Origin: Bacillota bacterium
GTDB lineage: Bacteria > Bacillota > Limnochordia > DTU080
Length of the DNA: 64,000 bases
Assembly (NCBI GenBank): GCA_012840225.1
Contig: DULU01000091.1
Coordinates: forward strand, 1,408 to 65,407
Direction: 5' to 3'
The notes below the pieces were generated by a model. The model had not been told where the DNA came from, did no database searches, and worked only from the letters and a program-made list of their open reading frames with translations. The position numbers and the translations under genes are program-made. Below, one piece after another: positions 36,493 through 46,141 of the stretch; positions within the stretch are counted from its first letter, which is position 1, and each line of letters starts with the position of its first letter.

Positions 36493-37866
36493 ATGACGAG
36501 CATCATACCGGTACAAAAGTTACAGGAGATTCTGACGCAGCCGGCGGAGGAATGCCTCTGCGGCCGGCGCCATCCGGTATCCCTCCGGGCCGCCGCGGTG
36601 GGCGCCGATGCCTGCGAGCGCATGATCGACTACGTGGACCGCCGCCGGCAGAGGAACTTTATCCTGGTGGCCGATGAAAACACCTATGAGGCTTATGGCC
36701 GAGAGGTAGCGGCTGCCATGGGCGGGCGCCTGGCCAGAAAGCTGGTTTACCCGGTGCCTTTGGTGCCTGATGAGAGGGCTGTGGAGACCCTCATGCAACA
36801 AGCCGCCGGCTGCGCTCACCTGATTGCTGTGGGTTCAGGTACCATCCATGACCTGACCAGGTATGTGGCCCACAGGATGCAGGTGCCCTTCATCGGCATG
36901 CCCACTGCCCCGTCGGTGGACGGTTTTGCCTCTTCGGTCAGCCCCCTGATCATCAACGGGGCGAAAAAGACCATTCCCACCGTCATGCCTGAGGCCATAT
37001 TCGCCGACACCAAGGTGCTGGCCGCCGCTCCGGCCGAGATGATCGCCGCCGGCTATGGGGATATAATCGGCAAATACACTGCCCTTGCCGACTGGCGGCT
37101 GGCCCATGTCCTGCTCGGGGAGTGGTATTGCCCGGCCATCGTGGAGTTGGTGCGGGAGACGGTGAGCACCATCGTCGCCCGGCGCGCCGCTCTGGCCAAT
37201 AGGGAACCTGAGGCCTGTGCGGAATTGCTGGCCGCCCTCCTGCTTACGGGGTTGGCCATCGAGATGGCCGGCGACTCGCGGCCCGCCTCCGGTTCCGAGC
37301 ATCATCTGGCACATTATTGGGAGATGAGATCTCTCTGGAGCCGGGAGAAGGTGCGCCTGCACGGTGCCGAGGTGGGGGTGGCCACTCCGCTCTCCGCCGG
37401 CTTACACCATCGCCTCCTGGCCATGCCGGAGGTCGAGGTGACGGCCCTGATCGAGCGCCGGCGGCAAACTCTTGGCTCCGGGGCACAGCACGGCGGGGAA
37501 CGAAATGCCGGGCGGATCAGGAAATACCTGGGACCGCTCGCCGCCCAGTTCCTGGAGGAGAACCGGCCGCTCCGGCCGGATGCCGCCGCCGTCGACCGGC
37601 GCCTCAGCCGGTTGGCTGCCTCCTTCGCCGGGCTCAGGAAAGAAGCGGCCGCCACCCTGCCGGAGCCGACAGGGTTGCGGCAACTTTTGAGAGAAGGTGG
37701 TGCGCCGGATACCCCGGCCGCTTTGGGCCTGCCGCCGGAGTGGGTGAGTGCCGGCCTCCAGGTGGCCATGGAGATTAGGCTCGGCCGTTATACCATCCTC
37801 CAGCTTTTGGACGAACTCGATGTGCTGGAGGAGCTGACCGCCCTGGTGGCCGGCGCCGCCGGCTGA
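36493..37866 (+). CDS. iron-containing alcohol dehydrogenase-fold protein, sn-glycerol-1-phosphate dehydrogenase (AraM/EgsA)-like, with a C-terminal extension
   Basis: AVGSGTIHDLTRYVA, PTAPSVDGF and GSEHHLAHYWE match the G1PDH/DHQS-like family pattern. The start has a poor RBS spacing. Confidence 0.65.
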   Translation: MTSIIPVQKLQEILTQPAEECLCGRRHPVSLRAAAVGADACERMIDYVDRRRQRNFILVADENTYEAYGREVAAAMGGRLARKLVYPVPLVPDERAVETLMQQAAGCAHLIAVGSGTIHDLTRYVAHRMQVPFIGMPTAPSVDGFASSVSPLIINGAKKTIPTVMPEAIFADTKVLAAAPAEMIAAGYGDIIGKYTALADWRLAHVLLGEWYCPAIVELVRETVSTIVARRAALANREPEACAELLAALLLTGLAIEMAGDSRPASGSEHHLAHYWEMRSLWSREKVRLHGAEVGVATPLSAGLHHRLLAMPEVEVTALIERRRQTLGSGAQHGGERNAGRIRKYLGPLAAQFLEENRPLRPDAAAVDRRLSRLAASFAGLRKEAAATLPEPTGLRQLLREGGAPDTPAALGLPPEWVSAGLQVAMEIRLGRYTILQLLDELDVLEELTALVAGAAG

Positions 37867-37868
37867 GG

Positions 37869-38885
37869 CTATAGAGAATTGATATAAGACAGATCCAGCG
37901 GGGCGGATACCAGTTCCACCAGGAGCGCCACCACCGCTTCCACATCATCCAGGTCGGCCATCTCGGCCGGGGTGTGGACATATCTGGTGGGGATGGATAA
38001 CCCGCCTGTGGCTACCCCGGCTTCCGATAGCTGGATGGCTGCCGCATCGGTGCCTCCGGCCGGCAGCACTTCCATCTGGTACGCAATATTATGCTTTTTG
38101 GCCAGCTCGACCAGGTAGCGGCAGACGCCCGGATGACAGACGAGGCTGGAATCCTTCACCTTGATGGCGGCGCCCTTGCCCAGCTCCATCGGCAGCGGCT
38201 TGGCGGCGGGGGTGTCGCCGGCACCGGTGACATCCACAGACAAGCCGAGGGCGGGCTTGATGCCATAGGCGGCGGTCCTGGCCCCGCGCAGGCCCACCTC
38301 CTCCTGCACGGAGAAGACGAAGAAGACATTGTTGGGTATGTTCTTGCCGTCCAGCCGGCGCAGGGCGGCGAGCAGGGCGGCACAGCCGATGCGGTCGTCC
38401 AGCGCTTTGCCGATCACCCGGCGTCCCACCTGGTCCAGCCGGCGGTGCCAGCAGCACATGTCGCCGGGTTGCACCTGCGCCAGTGCCTCTTCCCGGTTGT
38501 GGGACCCGATGTCAATATACAACACTTCCATCTTGACATTTTTGATGTCGTCCACCGGCTCGCAGCCGATCGCCCCGACCAGGCCGCTTTCAAAACGTAC
38601 TCTCTGTCCCAAGAGCACATGGGGCGAGATGCCGCCGGCCGGGTGAAAGCGCAGGAAACCTTTCTCGTCCACATAGGTGACCACCAGGCCGATCTCGTCG
38701 ATGTGGGCCGAGATCATGATCCGCGGTCCCTCCGGCGAGCCTTTGCGGACCAGCAGATTGCCGAGGACGTCGGTTCTTATCTCGTCGGCATAAGGGCGAC
38801 TTTCCTCTTCGACTATGCTTCTTACCACCCGCTCCGCGCCGGGTGGACCATAGGCTTCACTGAGACGGGCGATCAGTTCGACCAT
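37869..38885 (-). CDS. M42-family metallopeptidase (TET aminopeptidase/FrvX-like), paralog 3 of 3
   Basis: MVELIARLSEAYGPPGAE..., SAHIDEIG, ALDDRIGCA, VQEEVGLRGA and the C-terminal HTPAE. RBS GGAGGAG sits before the ATG at 38885, which overlaps the upstream paralog by 13 nt. Confidence 0.85.
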   Translation of the reverse strand: MVELIARLSEAYGPPGAERVVRSIVEEESRPYADEIRTDVLGNLLVRKGSPEGPRIMISAHIDEIGLVVTYVDEKGFLRFHPAGGISPHVLLGQRVRFESGLVGAIGCEPVDDIKNVKMEVLYIDIGSHNREEALAQVQPGDMCCWHRRLDQVGRRVIGKALDDRIGCAALLAALRRLDGKNIPNNVFFVFSVQEEVGLRGARTAAYGIKPALGLSVDVTGAGDTPAAKPLPMELGKGAAIKVKDSSLVCHPGVCRYLVELAKKHNIAYQMEVLPAGGTDAAAIQLSEAGVATGGLSIPTRYVHTPAEMADLDDVEAVVALLVELVSAPLDLSYINSL

Positions 38886-39940
38886 ATCGGATCTCCTCCT
38901 TCGCTGACAACTAAAGGCAACTCTCCCAAGGCCTTCGCCAAGAGTTCCCGGCCATGGGCTATGTCGGCCCGGCTGGCCACTGCGGCCGGAGCGTGGATGT
39001 AACGGCACGGTATGGAGACGACGGCGGTGTGCACGCCGGCCCGGGAGAGATGGATGGACCCGGCATCGGTGCCGCCGGCCACCACTTCCTTTATCTGGTA
39101 GGGAATGTGATATTTCTCCGCCGTGGCGATCAGGTGCCGGATGAGCGGACGGCTGCCGATGGTGCTCCTGTCCATGAAGCTGATGGCCGGCCCGCGGCCG
39201 AGGCGGGTGGAAACGACGTGCTCTTTGCCGTCCGGTTTTTCCGCAGAGGTGGTGCCTTCCAGCACTAGTGCCACATCAGGTTGCACACGGTGCGCCACGA
39301 TCTGCGCCCCGCGCAAGCCGACCTCCTCCTGCACGGTAAAGGCGGCATATAGAGGGAAGGGAAAATCGCACTCCAACAGGTCCACGAGGAGGCGGCAGCC
39401 GACCCGGTCGTCCAGAGCCTTCCCTTTGATCAACCCAGGGCCGAATTCGGAGAACCTGGTGGCGAAGGTGGCATATTCCCCCAGTTCCACAGCCTGGGAG
39501 GCGGCGGCTTTGTCTTTGGCGCCGATGTCGATATAAAGCTCGTCGGCTTCCGGCTGGCGTTGGCGTTCGGACTCTTTTTTCAGGAGGTGTATGGGCTTAC
39601 CGCCGATCACGCCCGGGAGGCGGCGGGGGCCGACCCACACATGCTTGCCTAAGAGGACGCTGTCGTCGATGCTGCCCACCTTCTTGAAATAAAGGAGGCC
39701 GCTTGAGTGATAGCCGGAGATGATGAAACCGACTTCATCCATATGCGCCGCCAGCAAGAGGCGCGGCCCCGGCTTATCCTTGCCTTTTACGGCAATCAGG
39801 TTGCCCATGCTGTCGGTGAAAAGCTCATCGCAAAGCGGGGCGATCGCCCGGCTGATGAGCCGGCGCACACGGGATTCATCGCCGGAGACGCCGCAGGTTT
39901 CCGTGAGCTCACTCAGGCTTAATGTCGCAGTCATACTCAT
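38873..39940 (-). CDS. M42-family metallopeptidase, paralog 2 of 3
   Basis: AAHMDEVG, ALDDRVGC, VQEEVGLRGA and IPCRYIHAP. It overlaps both neighbouring paralogs. Confidence 0.85.
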   Translation of the reverse strand: MSMTATLSLSELTETCGVSGDESRVRRLISRAIAPLCDELFTDSMGNLIAVKGKDKPGPRLLLAAHMDEVGFIISGYHSSGLLYFKKVGSIDDSVLLGKHVWVGPRRLPGVIGGKPIHLLKKESERQRQPEADELYIDIGAKDKAAASQAVELGEYATFATRFSEFGPGLIKGKALDDRVGCRLLVDLLECDFPFPLYAAFTVQEEVGLRGAQIVAHRVQPDVALVLEGTTSAEKPDGKEHVVSTRLGRGPAISFMDRSTIGSRPLIRHLIATAEKYHIPYQIKEVVAGGTDAGSIHLSRAGVHTAVVSIPCRYIHAPAAVASRADIAHGRELLAKALGELPLVVSEGGDPIWSN

Positions 39941-41027
39941 GCTGCCACCCCCAAACCTCTTCCGGCTCCAGGTCGGCCGCAGCGGCGGCCAACAACCGGG
40001 CGGTATTTTCGATGTCTTTCACATCCAGCGTCTCCACCGGGCTGTGCATGTAGCGCAGCGGGATGGAAACGATGGCCGTCGGCACCCCGCTCCTCGATAC
40101 CTGCATCACCCAGGCGTCGGTGCCTGAGGAGCCGGGCAGCACTTCGGTCTGCACCGGTACCCTTTCCTTTTTGGCCACCTGGACCAGGCGCCGCCGCAAT
40201 CCGGGATGCACGTTGGCTCCTATGGTCAAAGCCGGGCCGCCGCCCAACTCCAGCGTATCATGCTCAGGGAGGCCGGGCATGGCGCCGAAGCCGACATCGA
40301 CGGCGATGCCGGCCTGGGGGGCGACATGATAGGTGCCGGTGGTCGCCCCCTTCTGACCGATCTCTTCCCCAGTGGTGGCCACAAAGCAGAGATCGACGGC
40401 ATGGGAGAGACGACTCAAGCGTTGCAGTGTGACGGTGAGAGCCGCCACGCCGGCGCGATTGTCCATGGCTTTCCCGGCCACCCGCTCATCCAAAAGGCGC
40501 ACAAAAGGAGCAGCGATCACCACCCGGTCGCCGGGGGAGATCAGGCGGCGGGCCTCCTCTTCGCTATAACCGATATCGACGCAGAGATCGGGCCACTTGG
40601 GCACCTTGCCCCGCTCCTCGGGGGAGGTCAGGTGGGGAGGGGTGGAAGCCACAATGCCGGGGAATGCTTTTCCTCCGGAGCCGTAGACCGTCACCTCAAG
40701 GCCGGTGACCATCCTGGGGTCCATGCCCCCGACCGGCGTGACCCGCAGGAAACCACCTTTTTCCACCTTCAGGACCATCATGGCCACCTCATCAAGATGT
40801 GCGGCCAGCATGAGGACAGGGGCCTTCTCTGGGCCGGGAGAAGCGTTTGTCCGGGTAGCTTTTTTCAGCACCAGCACGTTGCCCAGGGAGTCGATTTGCA
40901 CCTCGTCGCAAAGGGGCGACCACAGGCGCCGGACCAGGGCGGCTGCGGCCGCCTCTCCTCCGGGCGGCCCGGATACGCCGGTGAGTTCGGCCAACAGATC
41001 TGCAACAGAGCTATTCAAGCACATCAC
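39909..41027 (-). CDS. M42-family metallopeptidase, paralog 1 of 3
   Basis: AAHLDEVA, AMDNRAGVA, TTGEEIGQKGA and IPLRYMHSP. Confidence 0.85.
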   Translation of the reverse strand: MMCLNSSVADLLAELTGVSGPPGGEAAAAALVRRLWSPLCDEVQIDSLGNVLVLKKATRTNASPGPEKAPVLMLAAHLDEVAMMVLKVEKGGFLRVTPVGGMDPRMVTGLEVTVYGSGGKAFPGIVASTPPHLTSPEERGKVPKWPDLCVDIGYSEEEARRLISPGDRVVIAAPFVRLLDERVAGKAMDNRAGVAALTVTLQRLSRLSHAVDLCFVATTGEEIGQKGATTGTYHVAPQAGIAVDVGFGAMPGLPEHDTLELGGGPALTIGANVHPGLRRRLVQVAKKERVPVQTEVLPGSSGTDAWVMQVSRSGVPTAIVSIPLRYMHSPVETLDVKDIENTARLLAAAAADLEPEEVWGWQHEYDCDIKPE

Positions 41028-41213
41028 CTCACCATTACCTGTGATAATCTTCTTTCCATTTTCATTCCATTCGGCTGAGGTTGTTTCTCACCTGCATATA
41101 AATGGGCATCCCGGATAAAAAGAAAGCAGGTAAGGGTGGCACCTGCAGGAGTCTGCCTGAAGAAGAGGGAAGTAAAGCCTGGTATCAATAAATACAGTAA
41201 ATACATTATAAAT

Positions 41214-41241
41214 GGCGGCATACCGGCGCCGGCATGCCGCC
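41214..41241. repeat. 28-bp GC-rich near-perfect palindrome (GGCGGCATACCGGC|GCCGGCATGCCGCC) 3 nt upstream of the moxR RBS
   Basis: Read directly. There is one mismatched pair and no downstream U-tract. Confidence 0.8.
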
Positions 41242-41257
41242 GGTAAGGAGAATCGGC

Positions 41258-42250
41258 ATGCGCAGGGAAAGCCGCTCCGCAGCACAGAGCATAGATGTCA
41301 CCCCGGTCCAAGAGGTGGGGCGGAAGCTGGTAGATAATGTCGGCAAGGTGATTGTGGGAAAAGACGAGGTAATCAGGCTGGCGGTGGTGGCGCTTCTGTG
41401 CGAAGGCCACATCCTGGCCGAGGATGTGCCGGGGGTGGGAAAAACCATGATGGCCCGGGCGCTCGCCGCTTCCCTCGGTTGCAGCTTCAACCGCATCCAG
41501 TTCACCCCCGACCTCCTGCCTTCGGATGTGACCGGGGTGAATGTTTATAATCAAAAAAACCAAGAGTTTACCTTCCGGCCCGGACCGGTAGTCACCAACA
41601 TTCTCCTGGCCGATGAGATCAACCGGGCCACGCCCAGGACCCAGTCGGCTTTGCTGGAATGCATGGAGGAGCGCCAGCTCACGGTGGACGGCGTCAGCCG
41701 GGAGCTGCCGCGGCCTTTCTTGGTTTTGGCTACGCAAAACCCGGTTGAATATGAAGGCACCTTTCCACTTCCGGAGGCGCAGATCGATCGGTTTCTCGTC
41801 CGGCTGTCCATCGGCTATCCCGGCGAGCAGGATGAGGAAGAGATCGTGATCCGGCAACAGCGCCGGCATCCCATTCACGACATCAAACAGGTGGTCGGCC
41901 GGGAAGAGCTTCTGACGGTGCAAACGCTGGTCAGGGAGGTCTATGTGGAAGACAGCGTGCGGGAATACCTGGTGAAACTGGTGAGGAGCACCCGCACCCA
42001 TCCGGATGTCTCCCTGGGGGCGAGCCCGCGGGGCTCCATTTCCCTATACCGCACCGCCCAGGCGCTGGCCGCGCTGGAAGGCCGGGATTATGTCCTGCCC
42101 GACGATGTGAAAGCGATGGCCGGGCCCACCTTGGCTCACCGCCTCATCATCCGGCCGGAGAGTCAGCTGCGTGGCCGGACCGGGCAAAGTGTGATCAACG
42201 ACCTCTTGCAGCGCATACCTGTCGTGCTCGAGGCCGGCGAGGAAGGCTGA
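41258..42250 (+). CDS. moxR: MoxR-family AAA+ ATPase
   Basis: [19 protein letters not shown] (Walker A), [19 protein letters not shown] (Walker B/sensor) and VLATQNP. RBS AAGGAG lies 7 nt before the ATG at 41258. Confidence 0.9.
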   Translation: MRRESRSAAQSIDVTPVQEVGRKLVDNVGKVIVGKDEVIRLAVVALLCEGHILAEDVPGVGKTMMARALAASLGCSFNRIQFTPDLLPSDVTGVNVYNQKNQEFTFRPGPVVTNILLADEINRATPRTQSALLECMEERQLTVDGVSRELPRPFLVLATQNPVEYEGTFPLPEAQIDRFLVRLSIGYPGEQDEEEIVIRQQRRHPIHDIKQVVGREELLTVQTLVREVYVEDSVREYLVKLVRSTRTHPDVSLGASPRGSISLYRTAQALAALEGRDYVLPDDVKAMAGPTLAHRLIIRPESQLRGRTGQSVINDLLQRIPVVLEAGEEG

Positions 42251-42310
42251 GTTCAGGAGGCCGGTATTAAGGAATAGGGGGAGTGGGCGGCGGGGTTTTA
42301 GACGTTTTCG

Positions 42311-42819
42311 CTAGGCATTTTTGCCCAGTCCTGCCGCCGGCCGGAGCAGGCAGCAGAGGAGATTCTCCTCAATCTCGGCGCGCACTTTTTCCGCCATGGG
42401 CGGCTCGATCATCATGATATAATCATCCAGGCTGACGGGGATGGAGAGTTCCATCAGGAGGCGGAAGCCTCTGACAAAGGCGGCTTTTTCCAGAGAAGGA
42501 GGGGCACTCGCCCAGTGCAGGTGCTTGATCATCCGCCTCTTGTTGGGATGGGCGTCGAAATCTGCCGCATGGCCCAGTTCGTGGGCTAAGATCACCACCA
42601 AAAAGGAGAGGGACTGCTCAGTCAGATCGGGCTCCCAGACCATGATGGTGCGCCGGCCGGGGTGATAAAGCCACTGTTCCGGCACCAGGCTCCGGGAGAG
42701 AGAGACCTGCATGGCTGTGCACTTGGCAAGGAGCTTCTGCAGGTGCGGGTTGTCCGGAAAGAGCTGCCGCAAGTGTTGATCCTCGGTGCGGCGGTCGGCT
42801 AAACGTTTGTTTTTCATTA
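42311..42819 (-). CDS. small HExxH-motif protein (putative zinc metallopeptidase-like)
   Basis: VVILAHELGHAADFD. RBS AGGGGA lies 9 nt before the ATG at 42819. It lies directly downstream of cwlD. Confidence 0.5.
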
Positions 42820-42870
42820 AATTATATCCCCTATATATGTCCCCAATCTTTCGCTCCTGCGGCACTTCTG

Positions 42871-43683
42871 CTAATAACAGGCTATGTCCTTGTGTAGATC
42901 GCTGGTAATATCGCCATCACATGGAGGCTGGTATGAGGAGAGGGTCGGTGAGGACGGCACTTCGCCCTTCAGATAAGCCGCTACGCCGGCGGCAATGCCC
43001 GCTGCCAAAAGGCTCGGAGCCTCCGCTCCGGTCAGAAAACGGCGGTCGACCTCGTTGGTGAGAAAGCCGGTTTCGATCAGGATGGAGGGAATATCCAGGC
43101 CGGTCAGCACCATATAGCGGGCCGGCAGGATGCCGTTCTGGTTGCCGGGCACCAGTTTTGACAGTCGCTCCTGCACCGCCGCCGCCAGCTTTCGGCTCTC
43201 CTCGTTGTCCTGGCGGTAGAAAGTGAGGCTGCCGCCCAGGTGAGAGGGACCGCTGTTGACATGCAGGGCGATATAAAGTTGGGCCTCATAACGGCGGGCG
43301 ATGTCCAGGCGGGCCGCCAGATCTCTTTTATGGCGCGAGCCGCCGCCCGCGCCCCAGGGCACCAGCGCTTCGTCAGTGGTCCTGGTCAGTTTCACCTGCG
43401 CTTTATACTGTTTCAGCTCTTCAGCGAGGGCCAGACCCAGCGCCAGGTTCAGATCTTTTTCCAGGATGCCGTTCCAGCTGCACCCACCGTCCACCCCGCC
43501 ATGACCCGGATCGACGACGATGCGCACTTGGCTCATCAAGCCGAGCGGCTGGTGCAGCTGGGGAGCGAGGGCAATGCCGCACCAGGTGGTGAAGATGAAG
43601 GCCGCAAGAAGTAGCGCCGCCAAGGCCGGCCACAGGCGCTTCGGTAGGTATATCGACCAAGGCTGGGTGGGGGAAGCCGGCAT
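42871..43683 (-). CDS. cwlD: N-acetylmuramoyl-L-alanine amidase (Amidase_3), CwlD-like
   Basis: A single N-terminal TM segment is followed by IVVDPGHGGVDGG, IALHVN and ILIETGFLTN. RBS GGAGG lies 9 nt before the ATG. Confidence 0.8.
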   Translation of the reverse strand: MPASPTQPWSIYLPKRLWPALAALLLAAFIFTTWCGIALAPQLHQPLGLMSQVRIVVDPGHGGVDGGCSWNGILEKDLNLALGLALAEELKQYKAQVKLTRTTDEALVPWGAGGGSRHKRDLAARLDIARRYEAQLYIALHVNSGPSHLGGSLTFYRQDNEESRKLAAAVQERLSKLVPGNQNGILPARYMVLTGLDIPSILIETGFLTNEVDRRFLTGAEAPSLLAAGIAAGVAAYLKGEVPSSPTLSSYQPPCDGDITSDLHKDIACY

Positions 43684-43799
43684 GGAAAAAAGCCTCCGTT
43701 TATGAGCATCTTATAGCCGGAGCAGGTGAAAATAGAACCGGGAGGGACAGGCGGAGGGCGTGATGATGAGATTTTTCACCGCTCTGTAACAAAAATTTA

Positions 43800-43858
43800 T
43801 TGTCATCCGCCACCTCATGGGTGTTATAATGATCAAAGAAAGGTCAGGTAAGGTCAGT
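43800..43858 (+). promoter_or_regulatory. ctsR-operon promoter with a CtsR operator (heptad direct repeats)
   Basis: The -35-like TTGTCA is at 43800-43805 and the extended -10 TGtTATAAT at 43822-43830. Immediately after come GATCAAA gaaa GGTCAGG taa GGTCAGT (43831-43858), matching the CtsR box consensus (A/G)GTCAAA-NAN-(A/G)GTCAAA. Confidence 0.7.
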
Positions 43859-43942
43859 AAAGCTGCTAATGCAGAAAAGCCGGCAGCACTCACCAGGCAG
43901 ACGAGCGGACAAAAACGGAGGGAAAGATACGGGAGAGAAAAG

Positions 43943-44416
43943 ATGGCTACTTTGGCGGATGTGATAGAAGCATACCTGAAGCGGCTGCTTTTGGAGTCCA
44001 ATGAAGGGTATGTGGAGGTGCGCCGTTGCGAATTGGCGATGAATTTTTCGTGCGTGCCCTCCCAGATCAACTATGTGCTGGAAACCCGCTTCACGCCGGA
44101 ACGCGGTTATGTGGTGGAGAGCCGGCGGGGGGGCGGCGGGTATATACGCATCATCAACATCTGGCAGCAGGTAAAAGACGACGAGCTGCTGCGGCTATAT
44201 GAAGCCATCGGCGACAGGATCGCCCGCCATGCAGCCGAGGACCTGCTGCATCGCTTGGTCAACGCCCGCCTTTTGGACGCGACCAAGGCCGAGCAGATCA
44301 GAAGATTTATCGAAGCGGAAACCGGTGCCTACCGACCTCCATGGGCCGATAGGATAAGAGCCAGCGTGCTCAAGGGCATGCTCCTGGTCCTGTACCTGCA
44401 AAACAGCAATGACTGA
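43943..44416 (+). CDS. ctsR: transcriptional repressor CtsR
   Basis: MATLADVIEAYLKRLL... and ...SQINYVLETRFTPERGYVVESRRGGGGYIRI is the canonical CtsR sequence. The upstream extension from 43817 would cover the promoter and operator, so it is rejected. Confidence 0.9.
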   Translation: MATLADVIEAYLKRLLLESNEGYVEVRRCELAMNFSCVPSQINYVLETRFTPERGYVVESRRGGGGYIRIINIWQQVKDDELLRLYEAIGDRIARHAAEDLLHRLVNARLLDATKAEQIRRFIEAETGAYRPPWADRIRASVLKGMLLVLYLQNSND

Positions 44417-44437
44417 GGAGATAGGAGGATAATAGGG

Positions 44438-44962
44438 TTGATGTGCGATAAATGCGGGCAACGGCCGGCGACGATCATATTCAAGCTGATGGAGAATAAT
44501 AAAAAGACGGAGATCCACCTCTGCGAGGAATGTGCCAAAAGCCAGAGCGAGCTGAATTTTCTTCATGAGCCGCTGTTCACTTTCCACGATATTTTAGCCG
44601 GTTTGTTCGAGCCGGGCGGGCTCCTGACGGGAAGTCCCATGCCGCAGGTGAAGGTTAAGCAGCATTGTCCCAATTGCGGTTTGACTTTTTCCGATTTCAG
44701 ACGTTTGGGGCAGTTGGGCTGTGGAGAGTGCTACAAAACCTTTGCCGCACAGCTGTTGCCGATAATCCGCCGCATCCACGGCAGCACCAAGCACACCGGG
44801 CATCTTCCCGGGGAGTTGGCCGCTGCCGGGCTTTCCCGCCGGCTGGAAGACCTGCGGCAAAAATTGCGGGAGGCCATCGCCCAGGAAGCCTATGAAAGAG
44901 CGGCCGAAATCAGGGATCAGATCAAGGCGCTGGAGGCGGAAGCCGGAGCTAAAAAGCAGTGA
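44438..44962 (+). CDS. mcsA: protein arginine kinase activator McsA (zinc-finger/UVR-domain protein)
   Basis: CDKCGQRPA...LCEEC and CPNCG...CGEC zinc fingers, plus a C-terminal UVR motif (EAYERAAEIRDQIKALE). Confidence 0.88.
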   Translation: MMCDKCGQRPATIIFKLMENNKKTEIHLCEECAKSQSELNFLHEPLFTFHDILAGLFEPGGLLTGSPMPQVKVKQHCPNCGLTFSDFRRLGQLGCGECYKTFAAQLLPIIRRIHGSTKHTGHLPGELAAAGLSRRLEDLRQKLREAIAQEAYERAAEIRDQIKALEAEAGAKKQ

Positions 44963-45025
44963 CGACCGGATCGGGCCGTCGGCCCGGCCGGCGGGACATG
45001 GCGAGGTGGATGAGGAGGTCGGGAT

Positions 45026-46090
45026 ATGTCCTTGCGTGAGATTATGAGCAAAACGTTGAGCGAATGGATGAAAGGCACAGGTCCTGAGTCGGACATCGTC
45101 ATATCGAGCCGCGTCCGCCTGGCCCGCAACCTGGAGGGCATACCTTTTCCGGGCGTGGCCGGGGAAGAACAATTAAAGACCGTGGTGGAGAAGACTAAGG
45201 AGGCGGCGGCCCGCCAGCCCCTTTTGGCCGGGGCCGATTACATCCGTCTGGTGGAGTTACCCGTCCTGGAGCGGCAGCTTTTGGTGGAAAAGCATTTGAT
45301 CAGTCCGCAGCATACCAAGGATGTGAAATATAAAGCGGTGGTGGTGCGGGACGACGAGGCGCTCAGCATCATGGTGAACGAAGAGGATCACCTGCGCTTC
45401 CAGGCGCTTTATCCGGGGCTGCAGCCGGAGGAGGCCTGGCGGCTGTGCAGCCGGATCGATGAAGGGTTCGCCAGCCTCTTGCCCTATGCCGTCTCTCCGG
45501 ATATCGGTTATCTGACGGCTTGTCCCACCAATGTCGGCACCGGGATGCGGGCTTCGATCATGATCCACCTGCCGGCCCTGACCATGGCGGACCAGATGAA
45601 GCGGTTGATCAACGCCGTCGCTCAGGTCGGCCTGGTAGTCAGGGGTATATATGGTGAAGGCACCGAGGTGCTGGGCAATATCTTCCAGATATCCAATCAG
45701 GTCACCTTGGGCCGTACCGAGGATGAAATCATACAGCACCTGCTCAGCATCACCAGGCAGATCATCGATCAGGAAAGGCAGGCCCGCCGGCGCATCCTGC
45801 AGCAGAACAAGGTGCGGCTGGAGGATAAGATCTTCCGTTCGCTGGGGCTTTTGACCAATGCCAGGATCATGTCCTCCCAGGAGGCCATGCAACTCATCTC
45901 CGATGTGCGCCTGGGCATCGACATGAAGCTGATCAGTGGACTGGAGCCCCGCATTCTCCAGGAACTCCTGGTGATGATCAGGCCGGCCCATCTGCAGAAA
46001 TTGATGGGGCACGAGATGGAGGCCCCTGAGCGGGACATCATGCGGGCTACCTTGATCAGGGAGCGCATGAAGCCGCATCCGGCAAAGTGA
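45026..46090 (+). CDS. mcsB: protein arginine kinase McsB
   Basis: SRVRLARNL, NEEDHLR and CPTNVGTGMRAS are phosphagen-kinase-type motifs. RBS GAGGAGG lies 7 nt before the ATG. Confidence 0.92.
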   Translation: MSLREIMSKTLSEWMKGTGPESDIVISSRVRLARNLEGIPFPGVAGEEQLKTVVEKTKEAAARQPLLAGADYIRLVELPVLERQLLVEKHLISPQHTKDVKYKAVVVRDDEALSIMVNEEDHLRFQALYPGLQPEEAWRLCSRIDEGFASLLPYAVSPDIGYLTACPTNVGTGMRASIMIHLPALTMADQMKRLINAVAQVGLVVRGIYGEGTEVLGNIFQISNQVTLGRTEDEIIQHLLSITRQIIDQERQARRRILQQNKVRLEDKIFRSLGLLTNARIMSSQEAMQLISDVRLGIDMKLISGLEPRILQELLVMIRPAHLQKLMGHEMEAPERDIMRATLIRERMKPHPAK

Positions 46091-46141
46091 TGGGTCGGTA
46101 TTAGATAAATGGAAATAATAAACAGCAAGGAGTGATCATCA

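Noticed and set aside
43817-43942. Upstream 42-codon extension of ctsR
   Set aside because: It would begin inside the promoter and CtsR operator. The canonical CtsR N-terminus (MATLADVIEAYLKRLL) starts at 43943.
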